63,037 nt of DNA, filler included, from Olpidium bornovanus S191 (GCA_017911155.1; 30 parts of 30 records of this genome joined end to end with filler, not necessarily neighbours in it); one strand, 5' to 3'; numbered from the whole stretch's first letter, positions 1-14,532 are shown. Translations and numbers: made by a program. Notes: a model not told the origin generated them from the letters alone.

Positions 1-463
1 CATGGAAGCTTAAGCCGGTCCCGGTACCTCGGGCGTTAAAGATTCAGTTAAAAGAGCTGATGAAGAAGCGTATCGCGGGCCAGAGTACTGGAGCCGTGGC
101 GCGGGCCGTATGCCGGGAACTGTTCAACGTGCGAAATTAGAGCGGGGCCCTGAGGTTTATTCAAATTGTCGACCGTTAAACGCGGTCACGATGTGGAATG
201 CGAGCGTTGGCCCGCACATCGAGGACGTCGTCGATGATTTTGCAAAGTGTGTTATCTAGAGCTTTGCTGACCTTTCCAGTTGATACAACCAGTTCCAATT
301 GGAAGAGAGGAGCCGAGATTTGACCGCCATGCAGATGCCTTTGCGGATGGCTGTTGCCCCTTAAGAAGGAACAAAGTCAGTCAGGCACGTCGTCAACGCC
401 GGGAATGAGATCTTTGCACTGTTTATTCCTCGTGTCACCCTACTTTTCATTGATGATTTTTTT

Positions 464-2285
464 ATGAAGGGTGTGGCAGCAGGCAGCGCGGATGTGACGG
501 AGGTGGCGACGGGCGTCCATGCCTTCGTGAAGAGTCATATCGCGGATGTGGAGAAGATCCGGGAGAGGGCCAAGGAGGCGGGCCTCACGTTTTCGGGCGA
601 AGAATCAGTTTTCGAGAGTCCCTGCTGCCGGCGAGTGGGAAATTCCCGCAGCGGACACCGCCAACACTGGTGTCGTCCCTCGGCAACGCCTTCGGAAATG
701 AAGCGGTCAAGCGGCGGCGCAGGGATGACGGAGGCCGAGGCTTTCTCGGCGATAAGCCCGGTAGCTGACAGTCGGGAGAATGGCGCTGTTTCCTGGGCCA
801 GCAGCAACGTCGCAGTTTCTGGGTCGTCTGCGCGCTCTTTGGAGGCGCCTGAGGACCTGCCCGAGGCGGGGCAGAACGGCGGTACCGCAGCAAGGGCGCC
901 AACTTCGTTGGCCGGCAGGTTAGCCGAGGCAGTCGCTTGGTTCTCCTCGCTCAGCGTTACGGCCTTCGGCGGTCCCTCGGCGCACATCGCCATGCTGCGC
1001 GAAACGTTCGTGGACCGCGGTAAATGGCTCAACGAGCTCGAGTTCTCTGAGTTCTTCGCCATTAGCCAAGCCCTCCCCGGACCCGGCTCCACCGAGATGC
1101 TCTTCTCCATCGCGATACACAGAGGAGGCCTCCTTTACGGGATCGTGGCCTTTCTTTGCTGGAGGTAGATGCCCGCTTCGTACCTGCGTTCGTCGTTCGC
1201 CGAACGGAGCTCACTGCTCGCGCACGCAGTCTACCAGGCATGATCGCCATGACGGCTCTCGGTCTCGGCGTCTTGTATATACCCAATCCTCTTCCGCATT
1301 GGTTTGTGAATATGCAAAATGGCGTCTCAGCAGCAGCGGTCGGGATGGTCGCACAGGCTGGGGTGGCACTATCACGAAAGATAGTCAATGACCAGCTGAC
1401 CAGAGTGATCTGCTTCTGCGTGTCAGCTGTTGCGGTGCTATGGTCTGCACCGTGGCTAGAGCCTGTGACCATCGTCGGCGGCGGTATCACAACAGCTTTA
1501 TGGACGTTTGCGGCCAAACGACTACAGAGGTTCACAGGAGCCGGCATGTACCAAGACGTCGGTATTGGAGATGCCGATGCCACCGCAAAAGAGTTGGGCA
1601 ACAGCGATCTCCAGCAGGAACGCACGGTAAAAAGCAACGAAAACCTGGTATGAATTACATATCTGCATTTCCGCGCGGTTACGAGCCCGCTGTCGGCCGG
1701 GCTCCGGTTTACCTGGAATCCGCGCTGTGTTGCAGGCTACCGGTGGGGCAAACGGTCCCATGTCTTTCAGATCCGGCGTCACTGTTTTCATTGCGTGGCT
1801 GGTCGTTTTTGTGGTCTTCGTTGCCTTGAGGAACGTTACCGCGGACATCAGAGCGCTTGCCGTCTTTATGCAGTTCTGGGTAGCAGGTATTTCGGGGGGG
1901 CGATTATCGTTTCTTGCATTCGTGGACACAGTAAACCAATGTCCGTCTCGCATCTGCTGAACAGGGTCGATTATCTTTGGCGGAGGCCCGGTGGTAATCC
2001 CACTGCTGTACTCGTACGTCGTGGCCAGTGGCTGGATCAGTGAGGCCAACTTCTTGCTGGGAATCGCGTTGATTCAGGCGATGCCGGGCCCTCAGTTCAA
2101 CTTCGCTGCATACTGCGGCGCCCTGGCCCTCGCCGAGACGTGGGGCCCCGGCGCCGGCATCGGCGGTGCCGTACTGGGCTACATCGCCATCTTCGCTCCC
2201 GGGCTTGCCATTAACGCCGCTGCCATTCCCGTGTGGCAGAGAGTGCGTTCCTCCAAGTTGCTGCAGAGGGTCCTACCCGGCATGA
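464..2285 (+). CDS. Long-chain chromate ion transporter (LCHR, two CHR domains), spliced, 3'-truncated at contig end
   Basis: CHR motifs AFGGPSAHIAMLRETFV..W..ELEFSEFFAISQALPGPGSTEM and SIIFGGGPVVIPLL..WISEANFLLGIALIQAMPGPQFNFAAYCG. GT-AG introns 1165-1229, 1648-1735 and 1887-1964 restore the frame (W-S-LPG; G-SIIFGGG). Confidence 0.93.
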
Positions 2286-2385
2286 NNNNNNNNNNNNNNN
2301 NNNNNNNNNNNNNNNNNNNNNNNNNNNNNTTAATTAATTAANNNNNNNNNNNNNNNNNNNNNNNNNNNNNNNNNNNNNNNNNNNN
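2286..2385. other. Artificial contig spacer (44 N + TTAATTAATTAA + 44 N); first of 29 identical copies
   Basis: The same 100-nt pattern recurs at 4771, 7576, 9334, 10787, 12762, 14129, 15793, 18278, 19767, 20910, 22761, 24338, 32141, 33451, 34870, 38504, 40054, 41161, 44378, 46101, 47564, 50110, 51814, 55384, 56767, 58328, 60158 and 61826. TTAATTAATTAA gives stops in all six frames. Confidence 0.99.
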
Positions 2386-3157
2386 CATGGAGAACGATTA
2401 CTGAGCCCCCCCTCCCTCTTCCTCTTTCCCCGCTGAGATAACGGCGCGAGCTCCTCGAAGCGTCCCGCGTTTTGGTCACGCCCCCGTGAGATAAACTTCT
2501 CGTCGGCTCCGGCCTCACAGGGGTGCCTCCGTCCGTGCACGGTTTTCACGCTGTCTTTTTTTTTTTTTTTTCTTTCTTTCTTTCTTTCTTCTTTTTCGGT
2601 TGTACGCGGTCGCGGCGAGATGAGGTCGCTCCGACCCTGACGTCGCGGAAAACGCGCGCCCCAAGTCTCGCGGCTTTCGGATCATGGGGAGCCCCCCCCC
2701 CGCAGCTTGTACTCGCCAACCCGATAATCAGAAGAAGAAAAAACAAAGGAAAAAAAAAAGAATAAAAGAAAAAAGTTTGGTTACAGGGGAAAAACCGCTA
2801 GTTCCACTCTTTGTGCACCCTGCGAATGACCGGAGCCGGGTTGAAGTCCTACGAGGAAGCGGATTTGAGATTGCCAAATGTTTCGAAAAAAAAAATGGGA
2901 TTCTCGACGCAGGCATTTTTGGCAACATCTCCAGGTGACTGCTGATTGGAATCGACGACTGGTGCCGAACTGTTGGTTGTTTCCGCTCTTTCCGGCCCCT
3001 CCCCCATCCCCACACACACACAAACACACCGCCACCCCGCCATTAAGACATCTATTTGTTTCTTAAATATTTTATCTTATCTTATCTTATTTTTATTATA
3101 AAATTTTTTCTTTTTATTTTGTTTTTTTTTTATCTTTTTTTAACTTTTTCAGAAATC

Positions 3158-4640
3158 TTACGGGAAGTCGCACCGGAAAAACGACCGCCCGAAATCCGGC
3201 CTCTTCGAAGCGCACCCCGTGGAGCAGAAGCGCTTGTTTCCGCCGCCGCGCAGGCTCCCCATGTCGTACAGCGTGACGCAGCTCTCGAAGCACGACCGCC
3301 CGCACTCGGAGCACCACCGCGCCGCCGTCAGCTCGCTTTTGAGCTTCGGGGGCAGCGGCAGCCGCTCGATCAAGCCGAGGTCCGGCGGGCGGCCTTCGGC
3401 GCGGGCCGCCGCCGCCGCCCTCGCCGCTCCGCCGCCGTTCTCGCGGTCGGGGGAAGAAGACGGTTCTTCCCCGCCGGCTTCGGCGTCCCCGCTCGTTGAG
3501 ATCTTTTCGCCGCCGCCGCCGCCTCCGCCCCGGCGGCTCAAGCCGTCCGCGACTTGCCGCCGGCACAGCTCCGCCAGCGACGGCAGAGAAGAGGACTGCA
3601 GGTAGGCGGAGCGCGTTTCTGTGGAACCGGGTCGCCCGGTCCCACCCCCCCCCCCCCCCCCCCCCCCCCCCCGCGCCCCCCCCGCCCCCCCCCCCCCCCC
3701 CCACCACCACCCCGCGCGGCAGATCCAGTAACGTCAGCTCTCGCAGGCACGTGGGGGGGGGGAAGGGCGGGGGGGAGAGCGCAAAATATCGGAGCCGTTT
3801 CGCGCTCGGCCTCCTCACCGTTGGAGACGAATTTCCCGAACACGAAGACGACGACGAAGCGCAGGTCGGCAAATTCGGAGACCGCCCGGACTGCCTTGAA
3901 GATGTGGCTCACCCCTCCCCGTTTTATGATCTCCGCTTTGCACTTGGCTGTCCGTTTGTGGGACGGGGGAAGGGCGACCGCGCCCGGCGGTTTCAAATAA
4001 GCAAAGTGTCCAAAAAAAAGAAAATGAGAGAGAGAGAGAAAGACATGGGGAAAAAAAGTCAGCGCGATCGCGGCTTTGCACAAATCCCAACACCCGCGAC
4101 AGAAGAGAGAGAGAGAGAGAAAAAAAAAATTGCAAAAAAACAGTTACGGTTTTCGCCCAGGTTCAACAGGACCACCGATCCGAACATCTGGAGCAGCAGG
4201 AGCTTGGAGAACGCCCTGGGCTTCCCGTTTTCGAAGCGCGCGTAGAGGATCGGTTCTTTGGCCCTGTCGACCTCTCGCGAATCGTCGTCGCCTTGGATTT
4301 ATTTTTTTTTTTTTTTTTTTGCGAAAACGGGAGCTAGGCCGTCAGCGAATCCCTGGCGCCCGGTCGGCCGGCCGTTTCCGAAGAAGCGCCGTTCATCTTC
4401 CCACCCCCGGCTTTCATTGACATTCCCCCCCCCCCACTCCTCCCCTCCCCTTCGTAATTTTTTTTTCTTACCGTTACCGCGAGACCTTGCCACCTTCCGC
4501 ATGCGGCTCATGCTCCGCAGCAATACCGGGATGCCTCCGAGTTCGCGCATCGCGTCGCGGTTTGCGTCTTTCGTGGGCGGGCCGGAGGGGGGTTTATTTT
4601 TTACGGTTGACCACGTTAGAAAGGCGATGCCGTAAAATTA
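3158..4640 (-). CDS. Armadillo-repeat protein with C-terminal BC-box/cullin-box-like and Cys-rich region (5'-partial, frameshift in poly-G tract)
   Basis: Spliced exons give DANRDAMRELGGIPVLLRSM and MFGSVVLLNLGEN|PKCKAEIIKRGGVSHIFKAV (ARM-like), then LPSLAELCRRQV (BC box), LPLPPKLKSEL (cullin box) and CSECGRSCFESC..RFCSTGC. Confidence 0.55.
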
Positions 4641-5336
4641 AAAATAGTAAAAATAAAAAATAATAACCCCTCCCCACAATCCCCCCCCCCCCAAAAAAAA
4701 AAAAAAAAAAAAAAAAAGGGCACAAGCAGAAACACGGTCTTTTACAATTCCCCACCCGCGACCTTTCGCCNNNNNNNNNNNNNNNNNNNNNNNNNNNNNN
4801 NNNNNNNNNNNNNNTTAATTAATTAANNNNNNNNNNNNNNNNNNNNNNNNNNNNNNNNNNNNNNNNNNNNGCATGGGGAGCACGCGTTCCCCGCAGCCGG
4901 CGCCTTGAGAAAGGCTAAGAAAAATCTCTCCGGGCTTGCAAACTGTTCTCGTTCCCTGAGTCTCCGCATAAGCATAAGCGACGAACGGCGAATGCGGCAG
5001 AGGAGGGTTTTGAAACGCACAGAGTCCAAGAAGGAAATGGCCAGGAAAGCTGAGGAGAGGGGATTGATGCTAGCTTGAGATGTGTCCGACATTCGAATGC
5101 AGCAAGTCATTTTCTCGTCGGGTGTAGCGGACAGTTGCCAGTTGATCCGTTGCACCGAAAACAACCCCATGGGCACATTTTACTTGCGGTGTGGACTGTT
5201 TGTCTCTCCACCTGCTGACCGGCCGGCTGAGTTTTCAGTGGAAAAAAAAAAAAAAAAACCCCGCTTTCCGGTCGGCGATCACGAAGCCGGGTTGGAGACG
5301 CCACGGAAGGGAAGACGCGGAAAAGGGCAAGCGGAA

Positions 5337-7153
5337 ATGAGGCTGCGCGTAAGAGACAAGGAGGGCGTCTGCACGCTCACTCTCCCGGGCTCGGCGACCT
5401 TTGCCGACCTCGTCGACAAGTATGCGCAGAGCAAAGGGAGACATATCGCCCCTTCCGACCTGGACTGTAGGTGCCTTTCGTTGCAACATCTCGGCCTTTT
5501 CTTTCTTCGCCTTTCATCTCGCTCCACGACACCCGAACGGCGATCCTTGCCGATCTCGTGCTGACAACGACATATATCTCCGCCTACAACTCCCGGCCGC
5601 CAGTCAAGGCGGGCTATCCTCCGAGAGAGCTTTCCTGGACGCCGCGACAGCCGATGTCCGTCTGCTTGCGCGATGGTGACCAGGTCATCGTGGCAGAGCG
5701 GCAGTCGTCCGCGGCGCTGTCCTCCACTCCAGCGGCTCCGTCGGTCGCTCGTCAGACAACCCCGCCGTCTTGCGACGTTCCGGCAGCAACTCGCGTCGGT
5801 GATGACGTCGACGCAGTGCAGCTACCGGATGGGGTGCTAGTGAGACGGGTGCGAGCGCCGCGTCCTCCAGACGGAGCCTGTTGTCGCCGAAGTTTCAGGG
5901 AATCTGACCTTCCGACGGACGCGGCCACACGTTCGGCTTGACGCTGCAGGAAATGCCAGACGACAATTCTTGCCTGTTCGCGTCCGTCGCGTACACCGTC
6001 GCGAGGAACACCGTGCCGTTGCCTAACCTTCGAGAACGTGAGTATTGGCAAGGACCGACGATCTTCCGACCCACAGGCACCTTTGTCAGTGCGGCCACCT
6101 GGCAGGCGAGTAAAACAATACTCTCGGCCGAGAGGCATAACTTGGCGCGTAGCGAGTTTCGATCTTTTGATGTCCTGACAACCGGGCTGGATCGCGATTC
6201 CCTCAGTGGCCGTCTCGATCATACGGAATGACCCGGATACTTATTCCGAAGTTGTCCTCGGGTGCCCTGTGGCCACGTACTGTGAAAAGCTGCTCCGCCC
6301 ATCGAGCTGGGGCGGAGCCATCGAGCTGAAAGCCTTCTCTGATTATTTCCAAACGGAAATTTGCAGTGTTGACGTCCAGGTATTATGAGCGTAATTGTGT
6401 CGAACAAACTGTAACTCCGAAATGATTTAACCGTATCTGCATCCAGACGACGCGGGTTGATAGATTTGGTATGATGCGGAAGAATTGTCGTCGGCATCGT
6501 TGGGCAAGCGCGAGCTGACCTCCGCATGTTTGGCAATGTAGGCGAAGGGAGATATGACAAGAGAGCATTCGTGTTGTACAGCGGTATACGTGAGTGATAA
6601 AGACCTGCGGCCTCTCGGCCGTGGCGGGAAAGTGCTATACTACATTATCGCTTGCCTCGAGAACGCAATGTTGTCAACCTATGTTTGGGAAAACGACGTG
6701 ACAGTAGTCGTGATGTATATCACTCATAGATTACGACGCAATAGCGCTGACACCAGCGCTAGCGATACCGCAGGACGCCGATCAAACGGTACGACCCGTT
6801 TAAACGATTTCCGAAAATCCCATGATCGTATATATTTCCCCTTGTATTTTTTTAACGCCTCCGGCCATCGACGTCCATGGCAGGTGTTCGACATTGACGA
6901 CGTAACGCTAGTGGGCGCGCTGGAGCTAGCGCGCATGTTGCAGAAGGTAGCCTCTTGTTTGAGCCAATTTTTTTTCCGAAATGACCTTGACCATTTCCTC
7001 ACCGCCTTTATATTTTGCTAGAAACGCCTGTTCACCGATCTTGGCGGATTCTCCCTCCGCTGCGACGTCTGCAAAGCTGGTCTGAAGGGCCAGAAGGAGG
7101 CGCAAGCCCACGCGCAAGCGACAGGCCACACCAGCTTCGTTGAGTACAGCTGA
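5337..7153 (+). CDS. OTU1: OTU1/YOD1 deubiquitinase (UBX-like, OTU and C2H2 zinc finger), multi-exon
   Basis: [11 protein letters not shown]-terminus; KAGYPPREL; catalytic [15 protein letters not shown]; [31 protein letters not shown]; C-terminal [31 protein letters not shown] (stop 7151-7153). Confidence 0.95.
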
Positions 7154-7675
7154 TTTCGCGACGCTGGACGATGCGTGCGGCCTCTGTCACAAGCGGTTCA
7201 AAGCCAGTATCCACAATTTGAGTTAGGTTGTGCTATATCGCAGGTCTTCTCCTCCCCCCCCCACAAACACACACACTCTCTCTCTTTTGGAAAGCCGCCT
7301 GCTGGTCGTTTTTTATCGGAATCACGGCCATCAAAGCATCTGTTAAATGACCCGACCCAAAAGGCAACTGGTGCGCACCACGAATTGTGAGTTCGCGAAC
7401 AATTGGAGTCCGTATAATGGTGATGGGCGTATTTAACGGTGTCCCGGAGCCTTAGCGCGTGATCGTTATTGCAGGGTTGAACATTATCTTCATTCAAGGG
7501 TGCCTCCGCCGCCTGAGGAGGGACTGGCAAACTTTCATTCTGGTTTTTCCTGAACAATTTGTGCTCCATGGAACANNNNNNNNNNNNNNNNNNNNNNNNN
7601 NNNNNNNNNNNNNNNNNNNTTAATTAATTAANNNNNNNNNNNNNNNNNNNNNNNNNNNNNNNNNNNNNNNNNNNN

Positions 7676-8779
<1,104 letters not shown>

Positions 8780-9280
8780 ACGACCTCACCCACGGCCGCA
8801 CGCCTTTCGAGCTCCGCCGACCGCCATCGATGGCCCGGTAGGACTGTCAAAGGAAGGGTTATTTGGCCTTTTCCTCTCTCTCCCCCCCCCCTCCCCGTTT
8901 CTTTTTCACCGGGTATTCCTATGCTGCACCCCCTGTGCCTCGTTTGCCGGCAAACATAATTTCGTTTTCCGGCGATCCGTTTGTTGAACATACTTTTTTG
9001 TTTGTTTTTTTTTCTTTGTTGTCCCGATTGCTTTCGACATATGCACCCGATAACTTCAACCCCGTGATGCACCTTCTCCGCCTCCGCGGCACACCCCTCG
9101 GGCGCAGGTTCGGAGATTTTTTTTTTTTCATTTTTCTTCCGCCCTTTTGACTACGGCTTTTCACCACTCCCTTTCCCCCACTTCTCTGCCCCTTCGAACT
9201 CTGGCCCCTCTTCATCTGCTCATTTTTTTGCTCCTAATTAATGCTGCATCCCTCGCCGCGCCCGTTCGGTCGCGCCCGGC

Positions 9281-9314
<34 letters not shown>

Positions 9315-9433
9315 TTTTTCCCCAAAAACCCCCNNNNNNNNNNNNNNNNNNNNNNNNNNNNNNNNNNNNNNNNNNNNTTAATTAATTAANNNNNNNNNNN
9401 NNNNNNNNNNNNNNNNNNNNNNNNNNNNNNNNN

Positions 9434-9489
<56 letters not shown>

Positions 9490-10337
9490 GCGACGATGGG
9501 ACGGGGTGAAGGAAAGGGTGGTGACATTAGTTGCGAAACTCCGGGAGATTTTTGTTTGGCTTGCCGCGTGCGTGTTTCGCGGTCTGGCCGTCCCGCTTGG
9601 TCGGGGACGTCTTTTTTTTTTGCTTATTTTTCCTTTATCGTTAAAGCTATATATCAACTCGACAAGGCATCTCGACATTTCAAACAAACGGCGCACATTT
9701 TGGCGTAAGTTCTCCCTCCCTCCCCCCCCCCACCAACCTCCCCCTGCCGCCTCTCCTCCGCGGAGGGGTTTCCTGCAGGGTTCCGCCTTTTTTTTTTCTT
9801 TCGTTGTTTCTGCGCAACTGATCGCGTCTGCACGTATCCCAATTCGCACCAGGGACTACGTTCACATTTCATCTTCGCAAGCCTTTTTTCGTTTTGTCCC
9901 CCCCCCCCCCCCCCCGACCGCGCACGCATACACACAGAGAGACACGTCCCCCCTTCCCCCCTTTCCCCCGGGGAAACGACGTTATAGGCTTCATAACGCG
10001 CGCGCAAGTTTTCAGCGTCGGGGGGAGTATGTGTACATATTTTTTTCTCAACGACGCGTTTTTCGCAAGGTCTCCGGCTTTTTTTTTTTGTTTTTCTAAA
10101 ACAGCACACGAAACTGCGGGGGATTGGGGGGGTTGATCGGGCGCCGCGGGTGGGCGGTGGGCGATGGGGAGGAAGAGGAGGCGGGGGGGGGGGGGGGGGG
10201 GGCGGCTCGAGATTTTCTTTATTTTTCACTTTCGCTTTTTACGGAGAAACAGCAACAACAACAACAATAACAACAACAAAAACGGTTAGTTTTTGTTTTG
10301 GGTTTGTCCGTGTCCGCCCACCGAGCGAGAACGCCGC

Positions 10338-10368
<31 letters not shown>

Positions 10369-10706
10369 ACCCCCCCCTCCCCCCCCCCCCCCCCCCCCGC
10401 TCCCCCCCCCCCCCCCGCCCCCGCCCCCCCCCCCCCCCCGCCGCCCGCAGGACACGCGCGGTTCACGGGCCCCGGGGGGAGGAGCGAAACCACGGGAAAA
10501 AAAAAGAAGAAGAAAACAAAAAAAAAACAAAAAACAAACCTTATTGCCGAGTTTAAAGTCTAGCTCCGTCTAATTTCTTTTTTTTTGTCTTTTTCGTCGT
10601 TTTCGTTCGCGACTTGCGGTTTGGCTGTCCGGGCTTTCCCGCCGCCCGAAAAGAGCGGTTTTCGTTCGCGCCGCCTCGCCGAGCGCGTTTGTTTCGGTTC
10701 ACAACA

Positions 10707-10774
<68 letters not shown>

Positions 10775-10980
10775 CCGGGCCCCCCCNNNNNNNNNNNNNN
10801 NNNNNNNNNNNNNNNNNNNNNNNNNNNNNNTTAATTAATTAANNNNNNNNNNNNNNNNNNNNNNNNNNNNNNNNNNNNNNNNNNNNCATGCCGGGGCGGA
10901 AGAATCACCGGCAGCGATGTTCTTGGCTTCAGCAATGATCGGGCAATTGATGGACCGGTTTCAGGGGGCGTCACTGCAGG

Positions 10981-11087
10981 TAGTGCAGACTGGGCCTTCT
11001 CACAAACCATTACTGCGGATAGTGCAGACTGGGTCTTCTCACAAACCATTATTGCGGATAGGGCAAACTGGGCCTTCTCACAAACAT
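10981..11087. repeat. 39-bp tandem repeat, about 2.7 copies
   Basis: Unit TAGTGCAGACTGGGCCTTCTCACAAACCATTACTGCGGA at 10981, 11020 and (partial) 11059. Confidence 0.9.
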
Positions 11088-11281
11088 CTAACAGCCTGTC
11101 GCAGAACTTCCCTGCAGGCCATCCTCAAACCACTTCCCCTCCCCTCTCTCTCCCCCCCACCCTGCCCCGGCCCCTGCAGTCCCGCAACACACATAGCAAA
11201 CCCCGACAATTCCTCGGCATCGTAACCCCGCCGCCCCGTCCATTGTGACAACTTCCCGACGCAAACGTTCCGCAAATGTTT

Positions 11282-11455
11282 TCACCGGACAGCTACGGCT
11301 TGCTCCGCAGCCGTGATCTTGTCGTCCGCTTCAGCCAACAGTTTGTCCCACGTCAAAAAAAATTCGGACAGCAAATGGATCTGCCGTTCAAACCGGGAGA
11401 AAAGAAAAAGCGTGAGCGACGGCTAATTCTCCTCTGGGAAAACAGAGGGGAGGGA

Positions 11456-11497
<42 letters not shown>

Positions 11498-12523
11498 GGA
11501 GGCACGGAATCCCTTACGCTCCGCTGATAATCCGTCAGGAGACGTGAGGCCCTGTCGATCACTTCCGACGCAGCGGCCGTCTGGCCCGCGTGAGCTACCT
11601 CGGCGTCCGCGAGGAGCAAGACGAGAGTTTCCAGCGCTGTGCGTTTTTCGCAGACGGGACATGACGTGTGGCGAAACCGCCTCCCATCACCTCTTCTATC
11701 CCCCTTCTCTTCCCTCCCCCATTCACGCCACCCCGTCACATTCCGGAATCTATTCCCGCCCTAAATCTCCGAAGAACCCCCCACACTTCGGCACCCCTTC
11801 CTCCTTCCCCACCAACGGCGCCCAACAAAGGCAACCCGGTTTCCCCCGGCCGCGCACCTTGAAACTCCCTCGGGTTAACAAACATCGCAAGCCGGTCGAT
11901 CTCGCGCAGCTCTTCGAGGAGAGTCCTCAAGTCCTGCTCAGCCGCGAGCACCAGCTCGCACTTGGCCTCGGCGGGGAGGATCTGGCACTCGAGCGAGGAG
12001 GAGGAGGACGAAAAAGAGGAGGCAAAATCCGACGTGCCAAGCAGGCGGGCGTGGCGCTGATCTGTTCTGGCGGCGGGAGCGGGGAGGGGTGGGGTTTCGA
12101 AGGACAAACGAGCGCTTCCTCGTGTCAAACTTCTTTGCGTAAGGTTGGGGGTTGCATTTTTCAAAAGGGATTGTGGGCGGGTTCAGCCAGATCCCGAAGA
12201 ATCTCGCGGTTTCTGTTACTGCATTTCGTGTTGATCAACGAGATGAACTCCGAAGCAATGGAGGAATGCCGGTACCACCCACACTTTTCGAGCGCCTCCG
12301 CGACCCATTTGCTGTCCCGCACCGCGCGCGCGAAGGCCTTCTCCTGGTCGCGCACGCGGGCCGCCAGGGCCGGTGCAGGGGCCGCCGCTGCGCCCGGGGC
12401 GTCACGGGCCGCGGCGACGAGCGTGTGGCCCACGACGGCCTCCAGACGCGCCGCCCTGGCCTCGAGCTCGGCGAGCGCGGCCTGGAACTCTGCGGCTGCG
12501 GGCGGCGAGGCGGGCTGGCTCAT
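11282..12523 (-). CDS. DCTN3: Dynactin subunit 3 (p22/p24), multi-exon
   Basis: N-terminus LAELEARAARLEAVVG; AKCELVLAAEQDLRTLLEELREIDRL..VNPREFQ; RASRLLTDYQRS|IHLLSEFFLTWDKLLAEADDKI..VR* resembles the p22 family pattern. Confidence 0.8.
11459..11494. repeat. (GA)n microsatellite inside a DCTN3 intron
   Basis: Uninterrupted GA run. Confidence 0.95.
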
Positions 12524-12657
12524 TTCTGCTGCCCTGTGCCGGTGAGCACGCGGAGGCGGCCGGCGGGGAAGCGGTCTTTCCGGCAGAGGCAGCGAGGGGA
12601 CGGAGGAGCGGGAAAAAAGGAACGCGGCTGGAGCGCTCCCTCTCCCGTTGCGGGCCG

Positions 12658-12711
<54 letters not shown>

Positions 12712-14490
12712 GGCGCCCCGACGAGCGGGGGGGCCCCCCCAAAAGAACAACGCCAAACCCCNNNNNNNNNNNNNNNNNNNNNNNNNNNNNNNNNNNNNNN
12801 NNNNNTTAATTAATTAANNNNNNNNNNNNNNNNNNNNNNNNNNNNNNNNNNNNNNNNNNNNCCTGCCGCATTTTGCTTTCTGCGGTGCTACAGGGCCCAG
12901 TAGTAGCCGTTTCCTGCGAGAATCGGGATGCGTTTGGCGAAACAAAGTTGGCAAAGGTCCTTGGGCGTTTAAAGGGCGGCTACGGTCGCGCGCTTGCCCC
13001 ACATAACACTCTTCGGACGCAACCAAATCCCAGCACGGTTTTGCGCAACCGTATCCTCACCACGTCGCATTGCGCGCCGCCCGAGCTTCCGCTGTCCGAC
13101 GTGAAACTTTTTGGCGCGGCTCATGTCTTACCATCGCCGCTCCGTCCGGCGGGCGCGCCGGTCAGCCGGCGGCGTCAAAGAGAAGCGCGCGACAGTGGTG
13201 ATTTCAAGGAGCGCCAGAAGCAAGGTGTGAACACGGCGACGAAATTGAGCAGAACGGACGGTATTCCTTCTTTTCCTACTCCAAGACATCGTGCGCAGGG
13301 CGGCGAGGTGCTCGCCGGGAGAGGACTGCGTGAGAATGAGCGGAGAGTCTCCGTTTTGCTTTGTTTTACTTTTATTTTTTGTTTCCGACGCCGTCGAGCA
13401 AACACGGTGACCGCAACTTTCGGTCTTTTATATCCTGCGGGGGGGAAATGAGGGAGAGGGGGGTTGGGGGGTGGTAAGGGTTCGTTGGGGCCGCCCGAAA
13501 ATCACTGACCGGCGGACCGGGCAGACTGATCGCGCGGCTTTTCCCCCGGGGGGAAGGGAATAGAAAAAGAGGCGGGCGAGGGTGACAACGGTTCAAGAAG
13601 ACGTACCCGGGCGTCGATAATGCACAAAATTTCTCCGGGGCCTACAATGCGCAGAGTTTTTCTGGAGTCTATACAAGACGATACGAGACGGCGATGCCGA
13701 CACCCGTGTTTCCGCTAGCGGCGTCAAGCGTTCAGTGCTAGGAGAAATTAAAAGACACTTCGGGCCCTGTTTTCCGTTCTCGCACTCTAATCGCGCGACG
13801 CACAGTGCGGGGCCCCCGTCGGGTATTACGCTGGTCGCGGCCGCTGTAACTCTCAAACGCTCGGGCGCAGAATGCGGCCGCGGTAGAAAAATGATGTAAA
13901 TTACCCGGCAGCAGCGTGTTATCGCCTTCGGCGGCGGCCAGCGCCGCCTCGTTATGGCAGAAAAGGACAGGCGGGCGCTCGGGCTCGGGAGATTGCGCTT
14001 TGAGCCGCCCGCCGCATGGCGAAAGACATTGCAAAAATTCTCTTGGATCCATTTCGTTTTTCTGAAGAAACAGCGCCGGCTGAAACTGTGGCGCTTGAGT
14101 CGCAAGATCGACGTTGATGGAAAGGAGCNNNNNNNNNNNNNNNNNNNNNNNNNNNNNNNNNNNNNNNNNNNNTTAATTAATTAANNNNNNNNNNNNNNNN
14201 NNNNNNNNNNNNNNNNNNNNNNNNNNNNAAAGTAGAACAAACTGCCTGACCCCCCTCTTCCCTTCCCTCCGCACACACGCGCGCCGGGCAGCCCGATCGT
14301 GAAAAGGCGGCCTGGTATTTTAACTTGACGGGGAGCGGCGGTTGAAGGGTGAGAGGTAAGGGGCGGGAGGGGTGTGGGAGCCGGTCAGCGTGTTCTACTG
14401 AGTAATTGGAATTTGCGACGATGGGCGCTGGGTGTGTTCGAGCGGAGTTCGGCTTGGCTTTTTGTGAAACGGGGATTTCAGAGGCGTTTC

Positions 14491-14532
<42 letters not shown>

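Noticed and set aside
9434-10786. Many poly-Pro, poly-Gly, poly-Lys and poly-Phe ORFs (also at 15720, 34770, 45630, 47415 and 60050)
   Set aside because: They are translations of C, G, A and T homopolymers of unreliable length in introns or intergenic DNA and at contig ends.
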